DNA of 64,000 bases from Epiperipatus broadwayi (lineage: Eukaryota; Animalia; Onychophora). Positions 25,900-39,250 of the stretch are shown piece after piece (the stretch's first letter is position 1; every line of letters begins with the position of its first letter). The notes under the pieces are model-generated. The model was not told the DNA's origin and ran no database searches. It worked only from the letters and a program-made list of their open reading frames with translations. Made by a program: the position numbers and the translations under genes. The stretch lies in the NCBI GenBank assembly GCA_028023455.1, contig JAQFVV010000002.1, positions 8,122,001 through 8,186,000 on the forward strand. Direction: 5' to 3'.

Positions 25900-28400
25900 T
25901 AAAGATGAATCTTTAATTCCTTATCTTTCTATTATTTAGGAATTAAGCTAAGATAGGTCTATGACTTTTATTTAGGGGTTGTTTTAGTTTATCTTTAATT
26001 ATTTTTTCTAAAAAGATATATTTTATTTTTGCTAGGGTATCTTGGCCTGAACTTTGTAATAATTAGCCCATCATATAGTACTAGTATTTTTGATTGCTTG
26101 ATTTGTTCTACTCTCAGGAGTATTTTTCATACAATAGGACTTTACTTCATATACCTGATATTATGAGACACAGTTTATTACTTATATAATGATATACCAA
26201 AAACTTTTATAGCAGATCTGATTAGAGAAGCAGCTAAGTATCACCTTAGATAACTTGTGCATTAGTTTAAGTATAGGTTTGTTTAAGAGTATATATCATG
26301 CTCTTTTGCTTTGAGACTTAGTGGATTTTCTTCGGTATCGGTTAAACGAGTTGTCATTAATTTGTAAATGAAGTAACTTGTTAGAGTAATCACTCTCAGT
26401 TTCTGATAATAATGGTATGATTCATTACTGATTCTAGAAATATAATTTGTAAAAGTTAATTTTTCAACTGTATCTTAGGACATAAGTTTTGTAATGAGTG
26501 TCCTCCCCATTACATTTCTACTAATCATAATCCTAATCATTTATTACATGGGTTTAAATTCATACCTCTAGATTTTGTTTTGAATGAAAATGGCATATAT
26601 ATATATCTTATTTAAAATGGGAGAAAATTTGTTTTATTCCACTTCTCCATGATATGATTTCCATATCTTTGGTTTGTAAGTTCCTTTGGGTCTATCTCAA
26701 TTATTCACCCATTATGTCTTTGTGATGACACATTTAAAGATCAATGGGTCCTTATATATGTTACAGAGTTTATAAAACACTAATTCTTTTGAAAAACTAA
26801 TGTGTTTGTTTTTTAAAAAAATGTTTTATCTACAATTTTTAATTGGTAATTTGGTTTGCAGTGATAGTGTTGATTATTGCAGTATTTGGTAATCATTAAA
26901 ATATTACCAACAGTAATGTATACTCTTCTATGATAAGATCTGCTTTTTATATTCCTAGTTATCTTCATCATCCTTATTGTAAAGTTGATTAAACCTTTTT
27001 TTTTTTTTTAAAAAAAAAGGCTTATTATATAGTCGTAATCCTATGGGTCCTTTTCCATTATTTACTCTTAAGGCTTTACAATGGTATGACAAATAAAGTT
27101 AAATGGACCATCATAGGTATTACATAATTTATGGAACATAAAACCTTTTGAATTCTTACTTGGTGGTGTTTTAATATGTGTTGCCTCCAATCTTGATTTT
27201 ATACCTTGTTTCTTTTTATTTTTAACCTGTTTTGTGCTTTTTTATTATTATTTGATAAGTATCCATTTGATTTTTTCCTCGATCACTGGGTTTTCCATAA
27301 GGATAATAAAGGGTTTCTGAATTGGAGCTAATTGAATTGGTTTTTCTTTAGGTTCTTCGAGTTTGTGGTTCCAAGGCTAATGGCTTCATTTTGAATATTT
27401 ATAATTGATTGGGTGGTATGATTATTTATATTTTCTTTCCTTGGGTAACAAATATTTTCATTATTATTTTATGTTATATGCAAACATTCGATCTCGTTAT
27501 CCATTTTATACTGATCTCCAATCTTAATTTTTTTTAATCAATTTTATTAGTTTTCACAATATGATTCAATTTCTCTGTTATTGTTTCGATCAAATTCGGA
27601 AAGTTTACATTTTGAGATTTTTTTACTTTATTCTTTCATTTTATCCAATTCCTATCATATTTGTCTTTCAAATTTTTAATTTAATGAAGTGTTACTGTTT
27701 TCTATTTAATTTAATATGCTAGTATGATTTTCAAGTAAAATTTCAATAGCTTTTATTTTACTTTATTTCGATGTCCATCAAGTTGTTCTATATTAAGGCA
27801 TTGATAATCGTTTTCCATTGACTGAAATTTTTTTCATGAGTTTTTTATGGTGTCTGATTTCTACATGAATATTCTTCAATCATTCAGTGACATCCTTTTG
27901 TTTTCTTTTTGATTTTGATGAATTTTATGATCAAAATTTCCATATATTTTTTCATTTCCATATATCTTTACTTTCTATTTTTTATCACTTGCAGGCTTCT
28001 TGCCGCTTGTTGATGGTACTGGAGCATCACCCCGCAGTCACATGTGGCGTAAGTTACAACTACCATTATTTGTTATATCTGCTTTCATATTATCCATCTT
28101 GATGAACATTTGCTGCATTATTATCATCACTTGATTAAATATATCATTAGCATTTCCTTTCTCTTCCTGTAGTTTATTTGGAGTTTCAGTAATTTTTGGG
28201 GAATGAATAATTCCTACTGTGGCCCTCTCAGATATACTAAGATGCTGTTCTATATCTTCTAAAATATTACTCTCCATTTCTTCTCTGTTTCATTTCATAT
28301 TTCAATACTTGTTTATGGTCGTATCATTTTGATTTTGCTTCTGGTAATCATGTATTTTTCTATTACTTTATCTTAATTTATTATTTTTACACTGAGATAA
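25900..28400 (-). mobile_element. Decayed Ty3/Gypsy-like internal remnant
   Basis: Minus-strand K/E/N-rich gag-like stretch (27.4-28.3 kb) and FHKLCNTYDGPF at about 27,105-27,150, resembling the integrase C-terminal Y-[DE]-G-P-[FY] motif. Otherwise unreadable. Confidence 0.4.
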
Positions 28401-28753
28401 ATATTTCCTATAATAATGTACGTCGTGGAAATATTCATCATCGTTAATATTTTTACTTATCCTTGAATCAAAACAAAATTTTATGTTCACATGAATGGTT
28501 ATTTTATTTTACTATTTATTCTCTCCATATTAAAGCATATTAACCAATTGACTACCATCTATTTTATATGATTTTTTACTTGTAAGTAAATTTCAATATT
28601 CAAGTTCAATTTGTTACCCCAAAATAAAAATTTATAAATATGTTTTTACTATTGAAATTATTGAATTGTAGATTAACTTATAATAATGGTAATATTTATC
28701 CTTTATGTACCCCCCGCAACTCCTCGCAGTATGCACATTAAAGAAAAGATATA

Positions 28754-29190
28754 AACGAAGACATTTACATAAAATATATAAATAAAATTCATGATGTTAA
28801 CTTAAATATAGTTTTAAAGTTCATTAAGAGAAAAGTCCTAATGAGCGATTATACATTTACTTAAAATATCCCTCCTTAGAACTTCTCCTGTGGAGTGTAA
28901 AGTTGTTTGATCCATTTATTAATAAATTTTGATATTTTGCAACAAGATGTTAAATGCTAGACCAATTTTATCTCAGTTTTAACAATTATAGTTTTTTGAG
29001 TGATGAATTTCTTTCCCAGATATGATTTTGCAATTAACAATGCATGATTGTCTGTATTGATAATTACGTAGCTGTATCAAAAATTTTGTGAATTTATTCC
29101 AATTAAAATAGATAGTGGAATTACGTAAATAATGATTGAGATTCCTATTGAGATAGGATGATTTATAATAAAAAATCATATTCCAACAGT
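28754..29190 (-). repeat. Inverted copy of the 19.7-kb LINE-tail repeat, ending at the NUMT edge
   Basis: Reverse complement aligns with 19,689-20,047; weaker similarity continues toward about 29,150. Confidence 0.75.
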
Positions 29191-29209
29191 CAGTGATGTG
29201 AGGTAAAGG

Positions 29210-29255
29210 ATTGTCATTGATTAAATTCTAAATTTAAAATTTTATTGTTAGATTA
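29210..29255 (-). tRNA. trnL1: tRNA-Leu(TAG)-like remnant at the left NUMT edge
   Basis: Minus-strand anticodon arm TTAAA-TTTAGAA-TTTAA (29,237-29,221); other arms unclear. Confidence 0.4.
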
Positions 29256-29960
29256 AATTTCCATTTAATCTACTTTGTTTCGACTTTTCTTGTTTTTGCA
29301 AGAATGACGGGCGATATGTACATATTAATATTGATTTTCAATTTATCATGATAATATGATTTTACTGACAAATTCTGTTTATGAAATTTTTCAATTTTAT
29401 GTATGTTAATATAAATTAATGTAATTCATTTCATCTTAATAAAATTGCACCTTGACCTGATTTGATAGATTGTTCTATTTTGAGATTAATTTTAAGTAAT
29501 TTCTTATACGGTGGTATACAAATAAGTATTAAGTAAGGTAAGTCGTGGGTTGTCGATTATAGAAACAAATTCCTTTGTAAAAGTTAGTACCGTCAAATTT
29601 ATTTTGTTGTGTTTCTTTGAAGTATTGTTTTACGATAGAATAGCAGGGTATCTAATCCTGGTTTTGAACTAAATTTGGAATTATTTTAATAATATTATTA
29701 TTAGAAATTTCATTTTTAAGAAAAATATGGTTAAATTTATTTATTCAGAAAAAATTAATTTATAATGACATATAACCGCTGCTGCTGGCACGAATTTGGC
29801 CTCTAATAATTTTTAGATTTAAAGTAATTTATTACTTATGATTTTGTTAATAAAATATATTTTTTAATTGAAATTTTATGAAAAGTTTAAAAAGTTAATT
29901 TGTTTACATAAATTAAATAAAAGATTTAAGAATTAGTTTTTAAAAAATTGTATAGTTTAT
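29247..29960 (-). rRNA. rrnS: Mitochondrial small-subunit (12S) rRNA
   Basis: Reverse complements of conserved 12S motifs: GTGCCAGCAGCAGCGGTTA (about 29,773-29,791), TGTACATATCGCCCGTCA (about 29,305-29,322) and the terminal helix GTAGATTAAAT-GGAA-ATTTAATCTA. 5' end approximate. Confidence 0.92.
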
Positions 29961-29989
29961 ATATAAGTATATAGTAATTATATTATTTG

Positions 29990-30940
29990 AAAATAGTTTT
30001 TTAAAGAAATTGAAAAGGAGTAATTAAAATTTAGGAAGTAATTTATTGTACTTTTTGCATAATGGATGTATGATAAGTAGTTAATTTAACACCTCTAAAA
30101 AAATTGATCTAGGTTTTTTTAAAAAAATTGTTGCACAAATTTTTTTTAAAAAAAAACCTAGAAGTGAAATGCTAACGAAATTTTTGATATATAGTTCTTA
30201 TAAAATCACTATAGGTGATAAAATAAATTTATTAAATACATTAATGGTTTAGCATTAATGTAAATATTGGTATTTATTTATATGATGTTAAGGTTAAGTT
30301 TAATATTAAGATAAGTTAAGTTAATGTATGTTTAAATATATTATAAATATTAATTTTAGGAATTCAGCAAAAGTTGTTTCATCAGTTTATCAAAAACATA
30401 GCTTTATGAAAATATTTAGGGTATTGTCTGCTCAATGAGCATTAAATTGCCATGGTATTTATGACTATGCTAAGGTAGCATAATCATTTGTCTTATAAAT
30501 TAAGACTGGAATGAATGGATAAATGGGGCAGATTTCTTAGAGAAAAAATAATTTTTTTTAGTGAAGAGGCTAAAATGAAATTGAGGGACGAGAAGACCCT
30601 ATTAAGCTTAATAAGATTATTTTGTTGGGGAAACAAAAGAGAATATTTTCTTTAAAAATATTTTTTGATACGTGTTGCTCTTCCGATCTAATAGAATAAG
30701 TTACTATAGGGATAACAGCATAATTTTTTTTAAAAGTTCTTATTTACAAAGAAGATTATGACCTCGATGTTGGATTAGAAATATTATATGGTGAAGTTGT
30801 TGTATAAATTAGTCTGTTCGACTATTAAATTTCTACATGATCTGAGTTCAAATCGGTGTAAACCAGATTGGTTTCTATCTTCAAATATTTTGTGTTAGTA
30901 CGAAAGGACCACATGAAGTTTTTTAAAGAGTAGATTGAAC
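29990..30940 (+). rRNA. rrnL: Mitochondrial large-subunit (16S) rRNA
   Basis: AAGGTAGCATAATCA, GACGAGAAGACCCT, GGGATAACAGC, GACCTCGATGTTGGATT, ACATGATCTGAGTTCAAA, TAGTACGAAAGGACC on the + strand. Ends approximate. Confidence 0.93.
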
Positions 30941-30998
30941 TCTTTTAGGTAAATATATAGACTTTGGAAGTCTAAGATGAATGATTTTTCAATTAAAA
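30938..30998 (+). tRNA. trnP: tRNA-Pro(TGG)
   Basis: Anticodon arm TAGAC-TTTGGAA-GTCTA at 30,958-30,974, immediately before nad4L. Confidence 0.7.
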
Positions 30999-31277
30999 AT
31001 GTTAATTCCAATTATATTTATTATTGTTGGTGTTATTACATTTGTTATATATCGGGTTCATTTGTTGTCAATGTTATTAAGATTGGAGTTTATTATATTG
31101 AATATTTTTTGATTAATAATATCATGATTAGTGTTTTTAGGTAAGGAATTATTTTTAAGTTTAGTTTTTTTAACTTTAACTGCTTGTGAAGCTAGTTTAG
31201 GATTATCATTGATGGTTAGGTTAATTCGGAGTCACGGTAATGATTTATTCAATAGTTTAAGAATTGTAAGATGATAG
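30999..31277 (+). CDS. nad4L: NADH dehydrogenase subunit 4L (NUMT copy, frame intact)
   Basis: ATG to TAG; HLLSMLLSLEF and ACEASLGLSLMV..IRSHG motifs; classical 7-nt ATGATAG overlap with nad4. Confidence 0.92.
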
Positions 31278-32626
31278 AAATTTTTATAATATTTATTATG
31301 TTATTTGTTATGTGGATATTTGAGTTAATGCGTTGGGGATTTATATTGAATGTAATGTTAATTATTATATTAATTTTTTTTTTTACTAAATTAAATATAT
31401 GCATGTTTGTAACAAGAATTTCTAGAGGATTTGGTGTTGATATAGTGTCTATACCATTAACAATATTAAGAATATTAACTTGTGTATTAATGATATTTTC
31501 TAGAATAAAGATTTTGTTGAAGGATGATTATAAGGATTATTTTTGTTTAATAGTTTTGATTTTGAATGTTGTTTTATTTTATACTTTTGTTGCGTTGAAT
31601 ATTTTAGTGTTTTATGTATTATTTGAGTTTACTTTAATTCCTACAATTCTTTTGATTATAGGTTGAGGTTATCAGCCTGAACGTTTACAGGCTATGTTGT
31701 ATTTATTATTTTATACTTTGTTTGCATCATTCCCATTATTAATGGGAATTATTGGGATGTATTGATGAATAGGAAGAATATCTATTATTGTATTAATAAA
31801 AAGTTATTTTTTTATGAGTGAGTTTATGATATTATATTGAATTATTTGTATGTCTGCTTTTTTGGTAAAGTTACCAATTTATGTTGTTCATATTTGATTA
31901 CCAAAGGCTCATGTTGAGGCTCCAATTTCTGGGTCAATAATTTTAGCAAGGGTTTTGTTAAAGTTAGGAGGTTATGGTGTTATTCGATTTTCTATGATTT
32001 TTAAAAGAATTTCAGTTAAGTTTAGTGAGTTTTTTATTTGTTTGAGTTTGTTTGGAGGGATTATAACTAGAATGGTTTGTATTCGACAGGTTGATTTAAA
32101 AGCATTAATTGCTTATTCTTCTGTTGGGCATATAGGATTAATAATCAGGTCAGTTTTTGTTATAAGTAAGTGAAGGATTAATGCGGCTATATGAATAATG
32201 GTAGGGCATGGATTTTGTTCTTCTGGTTTGTTTTGTTTATCGAGAATTTCTTATGAGCGTTATCATTCTCGTAGAATGATGGTTTCTAAAGGAATGATGA
32301 GGTTGTTTCCAAGTTTAAGATTATTTTGATTTATGTTTGTTATTGCTAATATAGCAGCCCCACCATCTTTGAATTTATTAGGAGAAATTGGTATTATTAA
32401 TTCTTTAGTGTTTTGGAGTAATATTAGAATTTGTTTATTAATTTTTATTTCTTTTTTTGGTGCTGTATATAGTATATATTTATATTCATATACTCAGCAT
32501 GGACAAATATTTTTTAATTTAAATTGTATAAAATCAATTAGGTATGTTGAGTATTTTTTGTTGTTTTTACATTTGTTGCCATTGAATTTGTTGTTATTAA
32601 AATCTGAGTTTTTAATAGTTTATTAG
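31271..32626 (+). CDS. nad4: NADH dehydrogenase subunit 4 (NUMT copy, frame intact)
   Basis: [43 protein letters not shown]; one frame with only TGA interruptions. Confidence 0.95.
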
Positions 32627-32669
32627 AATTTTTAATTGGAAATTAAATGTAATATATACTTATATCTTT
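32612..32669 (-). tRNA. trnG: tRNA-Gly(TCC), 3' acceptor strand unmatched
   Basis: D arm GTA-TATAT-TAC; anticodon arm TTTAA-TTTCCAA-TTAAA (32,647-32,631). Confidence 0.7.
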
Positions 32670-32719
32670 TAGATTATTTAAAGCTTTGAAGGCTTTTAGT
32701 TTTGTTAACTTATTAGCTT
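32670..32719 (-). tRNA. trnW: tRNA-Trp(TCA), 3' end runs into trnG
   Basis: D arm AGTT-AACAA-AACT; anticodon arm AAAGC-CTTCAAA-GCTTT. Confidence 0.8.
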
Positions 32720-32763
32720 ATTTTTGAATTATGAATTCAAAAGCTTTTTTAGCTTATAGTGAA
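32720..32763 (-). tRNA. trnM: tRNA-Met(CAT), ends 4 nt after the anticodon arm
   Basis: D arm AGCT-AAAAA-AGCT; anticodon arm TTGAA-TTCATAA-TTCAA; then AAAT and trnW begins. Confidence 0.8.
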
Positions 32764-32810
32764 CTATAATTTAAACTTCAAAAGTTTAAGTGTCAAACAC
32801 TTATGAATTT
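32764..32810 (-). tRNA. trnQ: tRNA-Gln(TTG), 3' portion overlaps trnM
   Basis: D arm GTG-TTTGA-CAC; anticodon arm TAAAC-TTTTGAA-GTTTA. Confidence 0.75.
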
Positions 32811-33802
32811 TCCATATTATTTTTTATTTTATTTTTTGTTAATATTTAGTTTATTAATTCAAATGAGAATGAGTTCATGAATTTTTATTTAGGTTGGTTT
32901 AGAGATAAATATGTTATGTATTATTCCAATTTTAGTTAGAAGAATTAAAAATATAAATGAAAGGGCAGTTAAGTATTTTATTATTCAAGTATTTGGTTCT
33001 ATTATTTTATTAATTGGTTTTTTTTTAAGTACTATATTATTAATAAGTTATTATTACTATGATGTAATTGGATATGTTTTTTGAATATCAATGATGTTGA
33101 AAATGGGAGCTGCACCTTTTCATTTTTGATATCCTGGTGTTTTAGAGAATTTAAGATGATTAAATATTTTTTTGATGATAACAGTTCAAAAATTTGGACT
33201 TTTGTTTATTATAAGATATTTATTGAGGTTTAGGGTTTATTTATTTTTTAGGGTAATATTAAGAGTAATTATTGGTGGGGTTGGAGGTTTTAATCAAGTA
33301 ATAATACGTAGTTTGTTTGCATATTCATCTATTGGTCATGTTGGTTGGATAATTGTTTCTATTATGTTGAGGGATTCTGTTTGGGTTATTTATTATTCAT
33401 TTTATTTTATAATAATGATATTGTTTTGTATTTTATTTTATTTGAAAGGAATTGTTTATATTAATCAAATATTTATTTATTTTTCTAAATTTGAGAAATG
33501 GATTGTTTTATTAAGGATGCTTTCTTTAGGGGTTTTTCCCCCTTTAAGGGGTTTTTTTCCTAAAATTATAGTGTTAAATATTTTGATATTGAAAGGTGAG
33601 AAGATTTTGGTATTAATGATGTTAATAGGAATGTTAGTTGGATTATATTATTATGTTCGTTTAATGTATGTAAGAATAATGTTTGAGACATTAAGGTTAT
33701 TACATTATTTAAAAGTAAAAAAAAATTTAATATTGGATTGGTGATTACATGTTTTAATAATGGTAATATTATTTATCATTCCAGTTGGAATGATTTGATT
33801 TT
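32803..33802 (+). pseudogene. nad2: NADH dehydrogenase subunit 2 with premature TAG at codon 30
   Basis: ATG at 32,803; SSWIFI*VGLEMNML with TAG at 32,890-32,892 at the conserved Trp; KYFIIQ, KMGAAPFHFW, AYSSIGH. Incomplete stop abutting cox1. Confidence 0.9.
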
Positions 33803-33803
33803 A

Positions 33804-35326
<1,523 letters not shown>

Positions 35327-35327
35327 T

Positions 35328-36005
35328 ATGGCAAGGTGAAATGAGTTGATATTTCAGGATGCATCCTCTCCTTTAATGGAGCAATTGATTTTTTTTCATG
35401 ATCATTCGTTATTAGTTTTAATTTTAATTACAATTTTAATTGGGTATAGAATATTTAGTTTAATTTTGAATAAAAATTTGATGCGTTATTTGTTGGAAGG
35501 TCAGTGAATTGAAATGATTTGAACAGTTTTACCTGTATTTATTTTAGTATTTATTGCTTTTCCTTCATTACATTTATTATATATGTTGGATGAGGTTTCT
35601 GATCCGTTTTTAAGAATTAAGGTTGTTGGACATCAATGATATTGAAGGTATGAATATAGAGATTTTCTAGATGTTGAATTTGATTCTTATATAGTTAGGA
35701 TGGATGATTTAGAGTTTGGTGATTTTCGTCTTCTTGATGTTGATAATCGATTAATTTTACCATTTAATGGTCAGATTCGTTTTTTGATTAGGGCTGCTGA
35801 TGTTCTTCATTCTTGAACTGTTCCATCCTTAGGAGTAAAGGTTGATGCAGTTCCTGGGCGATTGAATCAGATTGTGTTGTATTTAAATCGGGTTGGATTA
35901 TTTTATGGACAATGTTCTGAAATTTGTGGTGCAAATCATAGTTTTATGCCTATTGTAATTGAATCTATTCCGATAAAGTTTTTTGTTAAATGGGTTATAA
36001 GATAA
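35328..36005 (+). CDS. cox2: Cytochrome c oxidase subunit 2 (NUMT copy, frame intact)
   Basis: [49 protein letters not shown]; follows cox1 after 1 nt with no trnL2. Confidence 0.96.
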
Positions 36006-36049
36006 AGAGTATAATTTATAAAAATATAAATATGTCAAATTTAAAATGA
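36005..36049 (+). tRNA. trnD: tRNA-Asp(GTC), only about 45 nt before the atp8 start
   Basis: Anticodon arm TAAAT-ATGTCAA-ATTTA (36,027-36,043); atp8 ATT begins at 36,050. Confidence 0.75.
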
Positions 36050-36208
36050 ATTCCTCAGATATATCCATTGAATTGAATGTTAATGATACCATTTAGAATT
36101 TTTATTTTATGAATTTATTTAGTTTTAGTTTACTATTTGATTAGATATTTAAAGTTTCAGGTGAAATTTAAAAATCAAATAAAAATTGTTTGTTTTTGGG
36201 AATGATAA
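36050..36208 (+). CDS. atp8: ATP synthase F0 subunit 8 (NUMT copy)
   Basis: ATT start, MPQMYPLNW...FWEW*; ATGATAA 7-nt overlap with atp6. Confidence 0.9.
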
Positions 36209-36875
36209 TAGGGTTATTTAATGTTTTTGATCCGTCGTCAAGAGTTTATATATTAGGATTTAATTGGGTTTCTATAATGATTGGAGTTTGTTTTATTCCT
36301 TTATGGTTTTGATTAATTCCTACTCGTTTAGTAGGAATTATAAATTTTATATTGAATTTTTTGAATAATGAATTTAAAATTCTTTTGATAATAAGAAATA
36401 TTAAGGGGATAACACTTATTTTTATTAGGTTATTTCTTATAATTATGTTAAATAATAGATTGGGTTTGATACCATATGTATTTACAAGAACAGCCCATTT
36501 ATTGGTTACTTTAAGATTAGCTTTTCCTTTATGGATTAGTTTTTTGATTTTTGGATGAGTTAATAAAATAATAATAATGTTTGCTCATTTAGTTCCATTG
36601 GGAACACCTTCAGTTCTAATATCATTTATGGTTTGTATTGAGACAATTAGAAATTTTATTCGTCCATTGACTTTATCTGTTCGATTAGCGGCAAATATAA
36701 TTGCTGGTCATTTATTATTGAGATTAGTTGGAGGTCAGGGAAGATTTTTAGGTATAGTGATGTTATTAGCGTTATTATTTGGGCAAACATTGTTAATAAT
36801 GCTTGAGAGGGCTGTTTCTGTTATTCAATCATATGTTTTTGTTGTTTTAAGAAGTTTATATTCAAGTGAGGTATA
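36202..36875 (+). CDS. atp6: ATP synthase F0 subunit 6 (NUMT copy)
   Basis: [45 protein letters not shown]. Probably an incomplete stop before cox3. Confidence 0.93.
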
Positions 36876-36877
36876 TT

Positions 36878-37663
36878 ATGATAAGACATAATCATCCATA
36901 TCATATGGTTGAGTTGAGTCCATGACCGATTATTGGGGCGTGCGGGGCATTATTATTAACATCTGGATTAGTAAATTGATTTCATAATTATATAATAGGA
37001 TTATTATTAATAGGAGTTATTATTATTATTTTAACAATAATTCAATGGTGGCATGATGTTGTACGTGAAGGTACATATCAGGGGCTTCATACTACAAATG
37101 TAGTATTTGGTCTTCGTTGAGGTATAATTTTGTTTATTTTATCAGAAGTTTTATTTTTTTTTAGATTTTTTTGGGCATTTTTTCATAGAAGTCTTGCTCC
37201 GACAATAGATTTAGGGTCTTATTGACCACCATCAGGTGTAATAGTCTTGAATCCATTTCAAGTTCCTTTATTAAATACTGCTGTATTGTTAGCTTCAGGA
37301 GTTACTGTGACTTGGGCTCATCATAGTTTGATAGAAAGAAATTATACTCAAGGGGTTCAGGGATTGTTTTTTACTGTTTTATTAGGTTTGTATTTTACTT
37401 TATTACAAGGAATAGAATATTATGAATCAAGCTTTTCTATTTCTGATTCTGTTTATGGAACAACATTTTTTGTTGCTACTGGATTTCACGGATTACATGT
37501 AATTATTGGTAGTAGATTTTTATTGATTTGTTTAATACGACAATTTAGTTTTCATTTTTCTAAAATTCATCATTTTGGTTTTGAAGCTTCTGCTTGATAT
37601 TGACATTTTGTTGATGTTGTTTGGTTATTTTTATTTATTTCAATTTATTGATGGGGATCATAG
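36878..37663 (+). CDS. cox3: Cytochrome c oxidase subunit 3 (NUMT copy)
   Basis: [52 protein letters not shown] stop; WWHD replaces the near-invariant WWRD. Confidence 0.95.
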
Positions 37664-37670
37664 ATTTTTG

Positions 37671-38021
37671 ATGTTAGTATTAATAATTATATTTTTTGTT
37701 GTATTTTTAATTGTTTTAGTATTATTAATGTTTATGTATTTTTTTCTGAGAAAAGGTATAAAGACCGTGAAAAAAATTCTCCTTTTGAATGTGGATTTGA
37801 TCCTTTTAGATCAAGGCGATTACCTTTTTCTTTACGGTTTTTTTTAATTGGAATTATTTTTTTAATTTTTGATATTGAAATTGTTTTAATTTTACCATAT
37901 CCTATTAGAATAGAGTTAATTCAGGTTAGAAGAATGTACTTGGTTGGTCAATTATTTTTGTTTATTTTATTAATTGGTTTAATTCATGAATGAAATCAAG
38001 GTGCTCTTGATTGAGCAGTTT
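37671..38021 (+). pseudogene. nad3: NADH dehydrogenase subunit 3 with a 1-nt frameshift in a T7 run
   Basis: Hydrophobic N-terminus from ATG 37,671 is out of frame with [13 protein letters not shown] / [14 protein letters not shown]; shift at 37,739-37,745; incomplete stop. Confidence 0.9.
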
Positions 38022-38070
38022 ATTTACCAAAACAAATGTGTTTAGTTTCGACCTTTAGTGTAACTTGAAC
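38020..38070 (+). tRNA. trnR: tRNA-Arg(TCG)-like
   Basis: TTAG-TTTCGAC-CT anticodon loop at 38,046-38,052; weak stems. Confidence 0.55.
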
Positions 38071-38117
38071 TTATATATTTTGTTTTCAAAACAAATTCTT
38101 TCATAAGATTAATAGTA
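38062..38117 (-). tRNA. trnS2: tRNA-Ser(TGA)
   Basis: Anticodon arm TTTGT-TTTGAAA-ACAAA (38,095-38,079), directly downstream of cob on the same strand (ancestral cob-trnS2 link). Confidence 0.7.
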
Positions 38118-39249
38118 ATTCAATAATTTTTTTATAAAAAATTATTGAGTATGGGATTAAGAAAAATGTCATGAAGTATGCTATGGATAATAGTTGACCA
38201 AAAAAGATGTATGGTGGTTCAACTGGATTTGCTCCAATTCATGTTAGTAGAATAATGATTCTAATATATATTCAAAAAAGAAATTGATTTCATTTATTAA
38301 ATGATGATGATAAATAATTTTTTGAAATTAAAGGAAGAGAGAATAGAATTATAATAGATATTAGTAGGGCAATTACTCCTCCTAGTTTGTTTGGAATTGA
38401 TCGGAGAATTGCGTAGGCAAATAAGAAATATCATTCAGGTTGAATGTGAATTGGAGTTACTAATGGGTTTGCTGGAATTCAATTTTCTGGATCCCCTAAT
38501 AAGTTAGGATAGAATAAAACTAAAAAGGTTAATAATAATATGAATATTATTATTGAAATTATATCTTTAATTGAGAAATATTGATGAAATGGAATTTTAT
38601 CAGAATTTGATTTTAACCCTAATGGGTTATTTCTTCCTGTTTGGTGAAGAAATAATAAGTGAATTATAACTAGGACTATAATAATAAAAGGTAATAGAAA
38701 ATGTAGTGAGAAAAATCGAGTTAATGTTGCATTTCTAACTGCAAATCCTCCTCATAGTCAATTAACAGTTATTGTTCCAATATATGGAATTGCTGATAAA
38801 AGGTTTGTAATTACAGTTGCTCCTCAGAAAGATATTTGTCCTCATGGAAGAACATAACCAAGAAAAGCTGTTGCTATAGTTAACAATAGAAGAATAATTC
38901 CAATATTTCATGTATAATTTAGTTTAAATGAGTTATAGTAAATTCCGCGTCCAATATGGATGTATAGACAAATGAAGAAGAATGATGCTCCATTTCTATG
39001 AAAAAATCGAATTAATCATCCATTATTTATACCTCGTGAGATGTGAATAATGGATCTGAATGCTAAGTCTATGTTATCTGAATAGTGTATTGCTAGTATA
39101 ATTCCTGTGATAATTTGAAATAGTAATGAAATGCCAAGTAATGATCCAAAGTTTCATAGATATGAAATATTAGATGGGGTTGGTAAATCAATTAATCTAT
39201 TGTTTATAATTAGTAATAATGGATGAGTTTTTCGTTCTGGTTTTATCAT
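38118..39249 (-). CDS. cob: Cytochrome b (NUMT copy, frame intact)
   Basis: [62 protein letters not shown]; incomplete stop. Confidence 0.96.
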
Positions 39250-39250
39250 A

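Noticed and set aside
36874-36891. C-terminally extended atp6 overlapping cox3 by 14 nt
   Set aside because: An incomplete T/TA stop completed by polyadenylation is common in animal mtDNA and matches the usual ...SEV end.
37739-37745. Programmed translational frameshift in nad3, as in birds and turtles
   Set aside because: The shift is a missing base in a T7 homopolymer within a copy carrying other lesions; decay or sequencing error is far simpler.
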